Assembly (NCBI GenBank): GCA_965248435.1
Contig: OZ252100.1
Span: 4,256,001-4,320,000, forward strand
Reading direction: 5' to 3'
Source of the DNA: Candidatus Latescibacterota bacterium
GTDB taxonomy: Bacteria > Latescibacterota > UBA2968 > GCA-2709665
DNA: 64,000 nt
Shown piece by piece: positions 1 through 9,711 of the stretch (its first letter is position 1; every line of letters starts with the position of its first letter). The notes beneath the pieces were generated by a model that worked only from the letters and a program-made list of their open reading frames with translations, was not told the DNA's origin and did not search any database. The position numbers and the translations under genes were made by a program.

Positions 1-765
1 TCTTGGCTGGATGGTCGCCTTCCCACGAACGACCCCCTCCATGTATCCTTCCCAGGTCTCTATCCTTCCTGTGATCGGCCAAAGTGGCCAGGCGTCTGTT
101 GCACAATACTGATACAGCAGAAGACGACGAGATTTGGAGGAGGTGTTTGGAGCTGAAGCGTGAAGCAAGCGAACGTGATGTATGGAAATTCCCCCCGCCT
201 TGAGTTCGATCGGGACTGCCCCGCTTGACGAGAAGTCAGGTTCCGTGACCGCTCCTGCAAAGAAGCCGTCCAGATGGTGGTCATAAATGCGTTCCTTGTG
301 CGATCCGGGCAGCACCAGCAGGCATCCGTTCTCTTCCGTCATATCGTCGATCGCAATTCCGACCGCGAGCAGGTCGTCATTCGTGTGTGGATAGAAGGCC
401 CAGTCCTGATGCCATTCCACCGGACTTCCGACGTCGGCAGACTTCATGTTGAGCTTCTGACCGTTCATGCGAAGATTTGGGCCGATCAACTGAGAAACGA
501 GGTCGAGGATGCCGTCATGACGCATCACACGGTCATAAAGCGGGTGATGCTTGGATGGGTCCTTCAGTCGGCGCAGCTGCGGCTGCTCCGGAGTGTGGCC
601 CGGTTCCAGGTCGAAGACGCCGTCATTTTCGGTGACCTGGCGCGACCGTTCTACAATTTCGTCCGTAACCTTACGCAGTTCATCAATTTCTTCGCCCGAC
701 AGGACGCCTTCCACGCCTAGGTAGCCGCTGGTGTGATAGAAGTCAATTTGTTCCTGACTGAGCAT
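1..765 (-). CDS. Phytanoyl-CoA dioxygenase (PhyH) family Fe(II)/2-oxoglutarate dioxygenase; 3' end runs off the window
   Basis: Not in the ORF track because it has no stop in the window. Manual translation from ATG 765 (GGGGAG RBS upstream): MLSQEQIDFYHTSGYL...KLNMK...EWHQDW (HxD)...ENGCLLVLPGSH...HHVRLLHASAPNTS.KSRR, a typical PhyH pattern. Confidence 0.9.
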   Translation of the reverse strand, partial: MLSQEQIDFYHTSGYLGVEGVLSGEEIDELRKVTDEIVERSRQVTENDGVFDLEPGHTPEQPQLRRLKDPSKHHPLYDRVMRHDGILDLVSQLIGPNLRMNGQKLNMKSADVGSPVEWHQDWAFYPHTNDDLLAVGIAIDDMTEENGCLLVLPGSHKERIYDHHLDGFFAGAVTEPDFSSSGAVPIELKAGGISIHHVRLLHASAPNTSSKSRRLLLYQYCATDAWPLWPITGRIETWEGYMEGVVRGKATIQPR

Positions 766-906
766 CCGAGATCTCCCCTGAACGATGTCGATTCTCAACG
801 TCGAGTAATTAAGATAAGGATCTGTATCCGACCGATCAAGGATTTCTGAGCAGATCAAAGGATTTGTATCTAGCATCTCGTAGCTGATGAGGGACCCAAA
901 GATGAA

Positions 907-935
907 TTGACACGGGCAGGACCAGGAATTATTAT
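907..935 (+). promoter_or_regulatory. Sigma70-like promoter
   Basis: TTGACA (907-912), 17 bp, TATTAT (930-935), upstream of ATG 980. Confidence 0.7.
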
Positions 936-979
936 TTTCGCCATAGAGACGCACTGCAAATCCGACGAGAGATGTAGAA

Positions 980-2629
980 ATGGCCGATCCCAAATTCGCT
1001 GATGGAAGTGCTTCCATCGATCCGAATGTGCCAGTTCAGGCCAGCAGCACGGGCTCCTGGACGATTACGTTCCGCGTGGGAGGTGAGACGATATCACCTG
1101 GCAGCGCGATCCTGATTTCTATTCCTCAGGGATTTTCCCCTCCTCAGATCGATAATCCGGAAGCTCCCGGATATGTGCGCGCACAGGCCGTCCACTCTGA
1201 AGCCTGCCTGGTTCCCAGAATCGAAGCCCAATCCGAAGATGGATTGGATCTGTACAGAGGGCAGGACAGCAGCCCCGGAGTTCTCCTCCTGGTGGAGCGA
1301 GCACCGCTCAAGCCCTCAGACAGGTTGAACGTCGTCTACGGGGCAGGTCCTGGAATGGCGTTTGTCTCTCCCTATGCGGGCCCTGCATCGTTTCAGGTCT
1401 TTGTTTGTTCTGAAGGACGAGCATTTCCGGAGCGCTTCTTTCCGATTCGGGAGTTCCCCACGATTGATGTAAAGAGCAGGGATCCGAGTCACTTTGAAGT
1501 TACGGCCCCTTCGACAGCTGAGCCGGAAACGGCTGTGGCACTCCGCGTTGTCCCTCGGGATGACCTGGGAAATCGGTGTACCGGATGGAGCGGTTGGCTC
1601 GATGTCGAATCAAATGCCCGGGGCGTTCGGGCTCCCGTTCCTCGGAAGTATGATGACCCTGAAGGAGAGGGTGTCACGGTAGACGTTGGTCTGTCCGATG
1701 TGTCTGATGGTCCCGTTCGGGTTTCTGTTCGAGAATCCGAAACCGGGCTGCGCGGCCGGAGCAACCCGATCGTGATCGGTGAACCCGGTCCTTATTGGGG
1801 TGACCTTCACGCTTGTATCCCTGATGACAAAGACTCCCAATCTACTCTGGACTTTGAGCTCGGTGTCGGCCCCAGCCCGACAGTCCAAAAAACCTCGTTC
1901 TATTTCCAGGCTGAAGGAGCTGGAGGGCCGGGCTTTCTCAGATTCTCCCTGCCGGACTCAGAGAGTGATGAGATGCAGCCCTCACATCTCCTGGAGATCT
2001 ATTCGTGCTGGGGTAATCGTGAGCTCTGGGGAGGCCGCCGACCGGACATTCGCCTTGACCGTCATCCGGACCGAACTGTTCAGGCCGTACTGGCTCAGGG
2101 CATCATTGCAGGCTTTTCTGCCGGCAGCAACAGTCGGTTCGGTTTAGCAGGCGACGCAAGGCGCGCCGAGGCCGGGCGTGGATATCCGGGAGGACTGACG
2201 GCGGTCTACGCGCCATCCCTGACGCAGAATGCGCTGTTTACCGCTTTGAGACAGAGGCGGTGCTATGCCACGACGGGTCCGCGAATCGCCCTTCAAGTCC
2301 TGGTCAATGGCCACGAAATGGGAACTCAGGTGGATGTGGGCCCCGAAGATGGTGATGTGCTTAGGGAACGACACATCATGGCCAAGGTGCACGGTACGGC
2401 CGAGGTAGACCGGATAGAGATTGTCCGCAACAATGTCGATGTCTGCACATTCCGGGGCGATGCGGAAGACGTTACATTCGAATGGACCGATCAGCAGGAA
2501 CTCTCGCGAATCGCGCTTCCCCGTCCCTTGCGCGGTGGCACGCTCACCTGCTATTACTTTGTGCGTGTTTCCCAGGCAGACGGCGAAATGGCCTGGTCCA
2601 GTCCGGTCTGGTTCGTTCTGAGGACTTAG
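980..2629 (+). CDS. DUF3604/PHP-like protein with degenerate metal site
   Basis: Motifs YWGDLH, LLEIYSCWG, GFSAGS, GGLTAVYA..L...ALF.AL..RRCYATTG.RI and C-terminal YYFVRV.Q.DG.MAWSSPVW, as seen in DUF3604/CehA-McbA-like proteins. Confidence 0.65.
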   Translation: MADPKFADGSASIDPNVPVQASSTGSWTITFRVGGETISPGSAILISIPQGFSPPQIDNPEAPGYVRAQAVHSEACLVPRIEAQSEDGLDLYRGQDSSPGVLLLVERAPLKPSDRLNVVYGAGPGMAFVSPYAGPASFQVFVCSEGRAFPERFFPIREFPTIDVKSRDPSHFEVTAPSTAEPETAVALRVVPRDDLGNRCTGWSGWLDVESNARGVRAPVPRKYDDPEGEGVTVDVGLSDVSDGPVRVSVRESETGLRGRSNPIVIGEPGPYWGDLHACIPDDKDSQSTLDFELGVGPSPTVQKTSFYFQAEGAGGPGFLRFSLPDSESDEMQPSHLLEIYSCWGNRELWGGRRPDIRLDRHPDRTVQAVLAQGIIAGFSAGSNSRFGLAGDARRAEAGRGYPGGLTAVYAPSLTQNALFTALRQRRCYATTGPRIALQVLVNGHEMGTQVDVGPEDGDVLRERHIMAKVHGTAEVDRIEIVRNNVDVCTFRGDAEDVTFEWTDQQELSRIALPRPLRGGTLTCYYFVRVSQADGEMAWSSPVWFVLRT

Positions 2630-2713
2630 GCTCGACTGTGCGTATGTCGTGCTACGAGGGGGTAAGAAGGATGCTAAAGGAGGGATAAGAGGTAGTCAGA
2701 CAAGCCTTTATGG

Positions 2714-2742
2714 TTGACATGGGTTTCTCGATGGACTAATTT
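2714..2742 (+). promoter_or_regulatory. Sigma70-like promoter
   Basis: TTGACA (2714-2719), 17 bp, TAATTT (2737-2742). Confidence 0.55.
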
Positions 2743-2787
2743 CTCATAGAGAGTCTACTCGAATTCTTAGACGGCCTGCAGTCTCCA

Positions 2788-3876
2788 ATGGGCCCGCGAA
2801 AGCGGGGGGTCTGTGGGCTCGCGTGGACAGTTTTGATGCCGGCATTTGTCTCCAGGTTTTCACCGAGTCGAATCGCAGGAGCGAACTTCCAGGGCCTTCG
2901 CGCCCGAGTGGATGGGCAGGAGGGTCGCGGTCGGATTGGGGCGTCGAATCGGGAAAGGAGGGTGGAGACCCGGGACCGCGATGAAGATTTCCTCGAGCGG
3001 ATCAGAGGAGGCGGAGAGCGTGAGGACCTTCTTGTCAGAAACCAGCTTGGCGAACTGGTTCGTTCGCGGCTTCAAGAGAGGGTTTCCGGGCAGCGAGGGG
3101 GTGCTGGGACAAGCGGTGAAGATGAAGACGACGGAGTTCAAAGGGCAGAAACGGGGTCTCGGACGAGAACATTGCCCGGCGTCGGCACCACAAGGACCCG
3201 TGCAGATGACGAAATTGACCGGCCCGGCCGCCTGGGTACGGACCCTGCCAATCCTGCCATCCAGAGCCAGCTAGATCGCTTCGCCAGTTTGCGTTCCGCA
3301 GCACGCGGGAGTTCCACGCAATCTCGGCAGGATGCCAGCGCCGCCGCGACATTGACCGGCCTCTTAGGCCTTCAGGCACAACGACCCTCTGGCTTAGACC
3401 AGGCACTCGATGCGCAGACGAGGGGGGCCGCTGACCGAACCGGACCGGCTCGAGGTGGAACAACGACTGGGTCGGACGAGAGGGGTGGGGGTGGAGTCGA
3501 AACGGAACCTACAGCCGAGGAGATCAGCAGGGCGAACACGACTCCTGAGATCCGAGAGAATCTTCAATCAGAGGTTCGGGGAGTAGAGCGGGGCCTTCGG
3601 CGGGACGCTGCAGAGCAAGCTCGAGTAAACACCCGGAATACTGCAGTTGCGGCCGGTGAAGCCGCTGAGGCCCGCAGGGGGCGGGCGGTTAGCTCGAATC
3701 GGGGCGAGATTCAAGCACTTCAGTCGGGGAAACGCAAACTTGAAGCGGGGATTCGCGAGACACAGCGTGAGATCAGGAATCTGGAGAATTCGAACCGCCG
3801 TTTGCAATCAGGGGCAAATCGAGCCACCACCAGGGCGGCCGCAGCACTGGGGTCTAATGTAAATCTGGTCACGTGA
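2788..3876 (+). CDS. Hypothetical protein, low complexity R/G/A/E-rich, C-terminal coiled coil (alternative start 2836)
   Basis: Long ORF flanked by its own promoter and terminator; heptad-like EIQALQSGKRKLEAGIRETQREIRNLE; ends LGSNVNLVT. Confidence 0.65.
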   Translation: MGPRKRGVCGLAWTVLMPAFVSRFSPSRIAGANFQGLRARVDGQEGRGRIGASNRERRVETRDRDEDFLERIRGGGEREDLLVRNQLGELVRSRLQERVSGQRGGAGTSGEDEDDGVQRAETGSRTRTLPGVGTTRTRADDEIDRPGRLGTDPANPAIQSQLDRFASLRSAARGSSTQSRQDASAAATLTGLLGLQAQRPSGLDQALDAQTRGAADRTGPARGGTTTGSDERGGGGVETEPTAEEISRANTTPEIRENLQSEVRGVERGLRRDAAEQARVNTRNTAVAAGEAAEARRGRAVSSNRGEIQALQSGKRKLEAGIRETQREIRNLENSNRRLQSGANRATTRAAAALGSNVNLVT

Positions 3877-3920
3877 ATAGGATCGTATATCGTAGGTCCA
3901 TCGTAATTCAATAATGAAGA

Positions 3921-3949
3921 AGGGCGGCGCTTAACGCGCCGCCTTTTTT
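3921..3949. terminator. Intrinsic terminator between convergent genes, probably bidirectional
   Basis: Stem GGCGGCGC, loop TTAAC, stem GCGCCGCC, followed by TTTTTT; preceded by AAGAAG. Confidence 0.85.
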
Positions 3950-3974
3950 AGTAGGAGTGAAATAAGGTTCGACG

Positions 3975-5060
3975 TCAAGACCTCAACTGAAGCAGGGTCT
4001 GCTTAACCTCGTCTGAGCTCTTGGATTCGATCACGGCAACTCCCTGTTTTTCGCAGAATCCCTGGATCTGCGGGGGTGCTGACTTGGTGAAAAGGAGAGC
4101 CAAAGGGGGGTGATTCGGCGTCTTCAGCAACATCTGCAGGAAGGAGAGCCTTTCTTTCGCGTCCTCTTTGCCTCCAGGGTGAATCAGAATCACGTCGTAA
4201 TTCTTGGCCTGGGCAATGGCGCCCGCGGTCGTGGACTGCGTTTTCATCTCGATGTCATCGCCGAATGAGTTTCGGAGTGTGGTCCCCGTATTGCGGTCAC
4301 CAACGAAAAGGACCTGGACGGCCCTTTCATCGAGGGGATCCTTCCGAAACGCGTCGGGATTTCGGAGCCGTTCAAGCATACGTAGAAAGCGCTTATGCCG
4401 AACCACGATTTCTTCCGGATCGGATTTGGGTGTGTATGAAATATCTCCCACGGACAGGGCCTCTACGCGAAGCTCTGGTGTGGGTGCCATCTGGACGTGT
4501 ATATACCCTGGATAATCGCCCTGAAGCAGTCGCGCGTACGATTGCCTCCGATACAGGGTATAAACCAGGCCTGTTCCTTCTGGGTCCTTTTCCTCTGTGA
4601 GGGGATCCCACTCGACTTCCGCGTCGTTCAGGATTCCGGAGAGGGTATGGAGCGGAGCTTCCTCCTCTTCCGTGTCTCCGTCCAGCAGGACGCGCGTGTG
4701 GGCCGGTTCCGGGACTTCCTCGGTCATCCTCAAAGTCATGTTCTGCATACATTGCACGCGGCGGATGATTTCGTCATCCGGCATGTCGGTAGAGACGAAC
4801 TCATCCGCAATTTCCAGCAGATTGCCTCCCAGGGTCTGGGTGCTTGTCACCAGGATCTGGGGGAGCGTAGGGACCATGCCCTCCACCTGGTGAACGAGGT
4901 CTTCTCCCGCCGCCAGATCGATCAAGACGCATCCCGTATCTGGACGCTGATTCCCCAGCTCGTCCGAGTCGATTCCTTCACCGGTGAGCAGCTGAGAAAT
5001 TCTCTTCATTGCGGCGCCTTCCCGTTCACCCCCCACCCGATAGACCTGCATGTACCCCAT
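3975..5060 (-). CDS. Hypothetical protein with three tandem receiver (CheY)-like domains, apparently degenerate
   Basis: Start moved to ATG 5060 (AAGGAGG RBS). Segments ADEFVSTDMPDDEIIRRV and RVEALSVGDISYTPKSDPEEIVVR resemble the receiver C-terminal consensus; third segment VLFVGD...YDVILI...PPLALL. Confidence 0.6.
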   Translation of the reverse strand: MGYMQVYRVGGEREGAAMKRISQLLTGEGIDSDELGNQRPDTGCVLIDLAAGEDLVHQVEGMVPTLPQILVTSTQTLGGNLLEIADEFVSTDMPDDEIIRRVQCMQNMTLRMTEEVPEPAHTRVLLDGDTEEEEAPLHTLSGILNDAEVEWDPLTEEKDPEGTGLVYTLYRRQSYARLLQGDYPGYIHVQMAPTPELRVEALSVGDISYTPKSDPEEIVVRHKRFLRMLERLRNPDAFRKDPLDERAVQVLFVGDRNTGTTLRNSFGDDIEMKTQSTTAGAIAQAKNYDVILIHPGGKEDAKERLSFLQMLLKTPNHPPLALLFTKSAPPQIQGFCEKQGVAVIESKSSDEVKQTLLQLRS

Positions 5061-5220
5061 TTTGTGCTTCCTCCTTGAGGGGTTCACCCATCCAAAGGAA
5101 CCCTAATTCCTGGCCAGAAAATACATACGCTACAGCGCGCACGCAAGGAGAAATCACGTGATCCGGATTCGGGGCATGGCCACTGGACCTAGAAGCCGTA
5201 GTATAGATAAATCGACTGCC

Positions 5221-5246
5221 GTAGAGACGCCCCGTTGTGGCGTATC
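5221..5246 (+). repeat. GTAG-type REP-like palindrome (divergent family)
   Basis: GTAG-AGACGCC-CCGTTGT-GGCGTATC, an imperfect hairpin in an intergenic position. Confidence 0.45.
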
Positions 5247-5267
5247 CCTTCTGATTGGGATCCCAGC

Positions 5268-5296
5268 TTGACATTTATTCGGTCCGCGTCCATCTT
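5268..5296 (+). promoter_or_regulatory. Sigma70-like promoter
   Basis: TTGACA (5268-5273), 17 bp, CATCTT (5291-5296), upstream of the BMP gene. Confidence 0.5.
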
Positions 5297-5316
5297 TCTC
5301 GAGTTCAATATCGATT

Positions 5317-6372
5317 GTGACGCGAGGTTGTCAGTTGTATAAGATCTTACTAATCACTATCATCTCAACCCTGATCCTCTCCTGTACCAACGGTAACGGA
5401 GAATCGGATTCAAGGGACCTGGACCACCCGTTTCGCGTGATTATGGTGATGGACATGGCCGGGCTGGGCGACAGGGGATTCAACGACGCGGGATGGGCCG
5501 GGGTTGAGCGAGCTGTCCGTGAATTGAATGTAGAAGGTCACTATCTCCAGTCGAACGAACAGGCAGATTACGTGCCGAACCTGAGCCTGGCGGCTCAACA
5601 GGCCGAAGTGGTGGTGGCTATGGGATTCTTGATGATCGACGCGCTGAAACGCGTCGCTCCGCTGTACGGGCAAACGTCATTCATTTTTGTAGACGGTGAG
5701 GTTCAAGGCGAGAATGTAGCGAGCTACGATTTCAAGGCTGAAGAAGCCGCATATCTCGCGGGCATCATCGCGGCTATGACATCCCGCACAGGGAGCGTAG
5801 GGACCGTGCTCGGGATGGACATCCCTCCGGTAAGGGCCTACGAGGCAGGATTTCGGGCTGGGATTCTCACCGTAAACCGACTGGAGCGAAAAGAGGTAGA
5901 CTACCTGTCCGTGACCGTGGGCGACTTCAACAATCCGTCTCGCGGAAAATCCCTTGCCCAGGGTCTGTTGGGGCAAGGCGCAGACGTGCTTTTGCAACTC
6001 GCGGGTAACTCGGGGTTGGGTGTGATCGAAGCGGTCAGGGAATCGAGTGAGAACTGCTGGGCCATTGGGGCGGACCTGGATCAGGACGATCTCGTGCCAG
6101 GGCGAATCCTGGTGAGCATCCTTAAGCGGATCGACAACGCAGTGTTCGAGGCCATTCGAGACGCAAAAGAGGGTCGGCTCCATCCGGGGCATCGATGGGT
6201 CGGGATCGCGGAGGACGCGACCGGCTTGACTGAGATGCGCCACACAAGAGACGAGGTACCCGGGCGTGCGCTCGAGATGATTGGACGGGCAGAGTTGATG
6301 ATTAGAGAGGGGAGGCTTCAGATTCCGTCGCGAATCAAAGACCTGGAGACTTTTGAGGTTCCTGAGATTTAG
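5317..6372 (+). CDS. BMP family (PnrA/TmpC-like) ABC transporter substrate-binding lipoprotein
   Basis: Lipobox LILSC; GLGDRGFNDAGWAG, YLAGIIAA, AGNSGLGVIEA, AIGADLDQ, SILKRID motifs. Confidence 0.92.
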   Translation: MTRGCQLYKILLITIISTLILSCTNGNGESDSRDLDHPFRVIMVMDMAGLGDRGFNDAGWAGVERAVRELNVEGHYLQSNEQADYVPNLSLAAQQAEVVVAMGFLMIDALKRVAPLYGQTSFIFVDGEVQGENVASYDFKAEEAAYLAGIIAAMTSRTGSVGTVLGMDIPPVRAYEAGFRAGILTVNRLERKEVDYLSVTVGDFNNPSRGKSLAQGLLGQGADVLLQLAGNSGLGVIEAVRESSENCWAIGADLDQDDLVPGRILVSILKRIDNAVFEAIRDAKEGRLHPGHRWVGIAEDATGLTEMRHTRDEVPGRALEMIGRAELMIREGRLQIPSRIKDLETFEVPEI

Positions 6373-6376
6373 AATC

Positions 6377-6397
6377 AGTCCAGAGTCAAGAGTCGAG
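6377..6397 (+). repeat. Heptamer tandem repeat AGTCNAG x3
   Basis: AGTCCAG AGTCAAG AGTCGAG immediately after the BMP stop codon. Confidence 0.55.
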
Positions 6398-6457
6398 AGC
6401 AGAAGCTGCGAGCGATGTGGGAATGGGGCTTAATGGCCGTAGCAACTGTCTTGGGTG

Positions 6458-7587
<1,130 letters not shown>

Positions 7588-7603
7588 GACTTCAAGATAC
7601 AAG

Positions 7604-7625
7604 GGGCGGGCCCCTGTGCCCGCCC
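7604..7625 (+). repeat. Hairpin part of a GTAG-type REP interrupted by IS110 (its GTAG is at 6439-6442)
   Basis: GGGCGGGC-CCCTGT-GCCCGCCC, a perfect 8-bp stem; near-identical to the intact copy at 8803-8828. Confidence 0.85.
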
Positions 7626-7651
7626 GGAGAATCAAATGAGAATATCGAATG

Positions 7652-8706
7652 CCCGAGTTCAATAAGGAAGTGCAACACTTAGGGTAGCAACTGTCCTATC
7701 CTAAGTGTATGGGAAACAATTACAAGCATCTTACGATAGACGAACGCGAGCAGATTGCGCTTTGTCGAGCCACTGGTGCAAGCCTTAGAGATATTGCCAA
7801 GGCCCTTGACCGGAGCGCCAGCACGATTTCAAGAGAGTTGAAACGTAATCCGTCCCCGATAGCTGAGAGTTACTCGGGCCTCCAGGCTCACAGAAGGGCT
7901 GAGAAACGTAAGCGGGAGGCCGGCAAGCGGAAACGGCTGAAGAATCCGGTTATCCGGCGATATGTCGAGACCAAACTCAAGCAAGGATGGTCTCCCGAGT
8001 TGATCGCTGGGAGGCTTCCCGAGGAGCGTCCGAGCGCGGGTATCAGCCACGAAGCCATCTACCAGTATATCTACGATCCAAAGGTGCACAAGCAGCGGGA
8101 TCTGGTTGCTTGCTTATCCCGAGCTCACAAAAAACGAAAGCCGCGGTGGCATACCCGAAAACACCGGGAAAGCCACATTCCAGGCCGTATTTCGATCGAT
8201 CGACGTCCCCGTTACATCGAAAAACGGAAACAACCTGGCCACTGGGAATCCGACACCATCATCTCTCGTGAGAGCAAACAGGCCGTTGGCGCTTGTCTTG
8301 AGCGATCGTCGAGATACCTACACCTGGCTAAGCTGGCAAAGAACGGACCCTCGGAGGTCGCCGAAGCGATTAATCGACGCCTTGGGCGACATCCTCCCCA
8401 CATGAGGAAGAGCATCACATATGACAACGGATCCGAAAACGGCCAACATCAACGGGTCAACGAGGTGCTTGGCACCAAATCCTATTTCTGCAAACCGTTC
8501 CACAGCTGGGAGCGAGGCGCTGTGGAAAACGCTATCGGTCTGGTCCGCAGATACCTCCCCAAGAAGACAGACTTCTCAAAGGTCAGCAAACACGAGTTAA
8601 AGAAAATTCAGAACCGGATCAACAACCGACCAAGAAAATGTCTTAACTTCAAAACACCAGCTGAAGTCTTCAAGTCCAAGTGTTGCACTTAGTCATTGAA
8701 TCCAGC
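7652..8706 (+). mobile_element. IS30-family insertion sequence, about 1055 bp, 3-bp direct repeat ATG
   Basis: Imperfect 29-bp inverted repeats sharing TTCAAT-n4-AAGTGCAACACTT (7652-7680 and 8678-8706); ATG at 7649-7651 and 8707-8709. Confidence 0.88.
7709..8692 (+). CDS. IS30-family DDE transposase
   Basis: N-terminal HTH (IAKALDRSASTISRELKRN), WSPELIAG, GHWESDT, ITYDNGSE, PFHSWERGAVEN, NNRPRKCL. Confidence 0.96.
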   Translation: MGNNYKHLTIDEREQIALCRATGASLRDIAKALDRSASTISRELKRNPSPIAESYSGLQAHRRAEKRKREAGKRKRLKNPVIRRYVETKLKQGWSPELIAGRLPEERPSAGISHEAIYQYIYDPKVHKQRDLVACLSRAHKKRKPRWHTRKHRESHIPGRISIDRRPRYIEKRKQPGHWESDTIISRESKQAVGACLERSSRYLHLAKLAKNGPSEVAEAINRRLGRHPPHMRKSITYDNGSENGQHQRVNEVLGTKSYFCKPFHSWERGAVENAIGLVRRYLPKKTDFSKVSKHELKKIQNRINNRPRKCLNFKTPAEVFKSKCCT

Positions 8707-8802
8707 ATGTCGAATAATGAACGCCGAACGTCGAAGGGAACGTGCGCGACCACGCGCGCCAGGATTTCTACAAGGCGCGATTCATCAACACGTTTCGTCG
8801 TC

Positions 8803-8828
8803 GTAGGGGCAGACCCCCGTGCCTGCCC
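8803..8828 (+). repeat. Intact GTAG-type REP
   Basis: GTAG-GGGCAGAC-CCCCGT-GCCTGCCC, just past the stop of the convergent gene. Confidence 0.8.
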
Positions 8829-8831
8829 GGG

Positions 8832-9695
8832 TCAACCCCCCTCATCTCCTCCACAGATCAATTCTTCCAGTCCCTTCTCTAGGGGATAAATCGGAATCCA
8901 TGAGAAAGTTGATCGGATTAAGGAAACATCAACGGTGCAATCCATAATATCATTGGGACGTGGATTGGAATTTACGACCAAAGGCGATTTTCTTCCGGAA
9001 AGCCTCTGCGCGAACTCCGCTACCTCCAAATTGGAGTAACTCCGGCCATATCCCACGTTATAAATCGCTTCCCGGGCCGGAGTGCGTTCAATAATCTTGA
9101 AGATCAATTCACAAAAATCCTTGATATACAGATAGTCTCTTTTGGGGTGAGGATCATCCAATGTGATTGGGTTCCCCTTGTCGATGGCTTCCAATAAATC
9201 AGGAATCAAACGCCCTGGCCTGTTCTGGTTTCCATAGATGTTGAAGCCGCGAAGAATGGTCAATGGAAGTTGGAGGGTCTCCGATAATTGTTGACAGATG
9301 GTTTCCGAAACAACCTTACTGCCCATGTAAGGATTGACACAGGAGACGGGATGTTTTTCGTCAATCGGTAGATATTGGGGGACCCCGTAGACGTAGGAAC
9401 TCATGAACAAGAAAGGGGCCTGCGAACAATGGGCAATTTTGAAGGCGACTAAAGTCGAGTCGAGATTGTTGTGATATGTGGCAAAGGGGTCCCGACAACT
9501 GTTGACGATCGAAGTGCTCGCACCAAAATGCAGAACCCAATCCAGATCCGGGGGGAAACTGGCGGAATCGAATTTATCCGCATGCTCCGAACGTGTGTAG
9601 ACATCCAAACAAATGATCTGGTGTTTTTGTTCGGACAGCGCTTTGGCAACAGAACCGCCGACAAAGCCCTGACGACCAGTAATCCCAATTTTCAT
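8832..9695 (-). CDS. NAD-dependent sugar epimerase/dehydratase (extended SDR)
   Basis: ITGRQGFVG, SSYVYG, YMGSK (YxxxK), RDYLYIKD. Confidence 0.9.
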   Translation of the reverse strand: MKIGITGRQGFVGGSVAKALSEQKHQIICLDVYTRSEHADKFDSASFPPDLDWVLHFGASTSIVNSCRDPFATYHNNLDSTLVAFKIAHCSQAPFLFMSSYVYGVPQYLPIDEKHPVSCVNPYMGSKVVSETICQQLSETLQLPLTILRGFNIYGNQNRPGRLIPDLLEAIDKGNPITLDDPHPKRDYLYIKDFCELIFKIIERTPAREAIYNVGYGRSYSNLEVAEFAQRLSGRKSPLVVNSNPRPNDIMDCTVDVSLIRSTFSWIPIYPLEKGLEELICGGDEGG

Positions 9696-9711
9696 CAGAT
9701 GCTTTCCTCCC

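Noticed and set aside
274-720. 148-aa plus-strand ORF in the ORF track
   Set aside because: Antisense shadow of the minus-strand PhyH gene (1-765), which has clear motifs and an RBS.
2790-2812. CCCGC-GAAA-GCGGG hairpin resembling part of a c-di-GMP-I riboswitch
   Set aside because: The flanking conserved GGCAAA and GACGCAAA-type elements are absent; a lone GNRA hairpin is insufficient.
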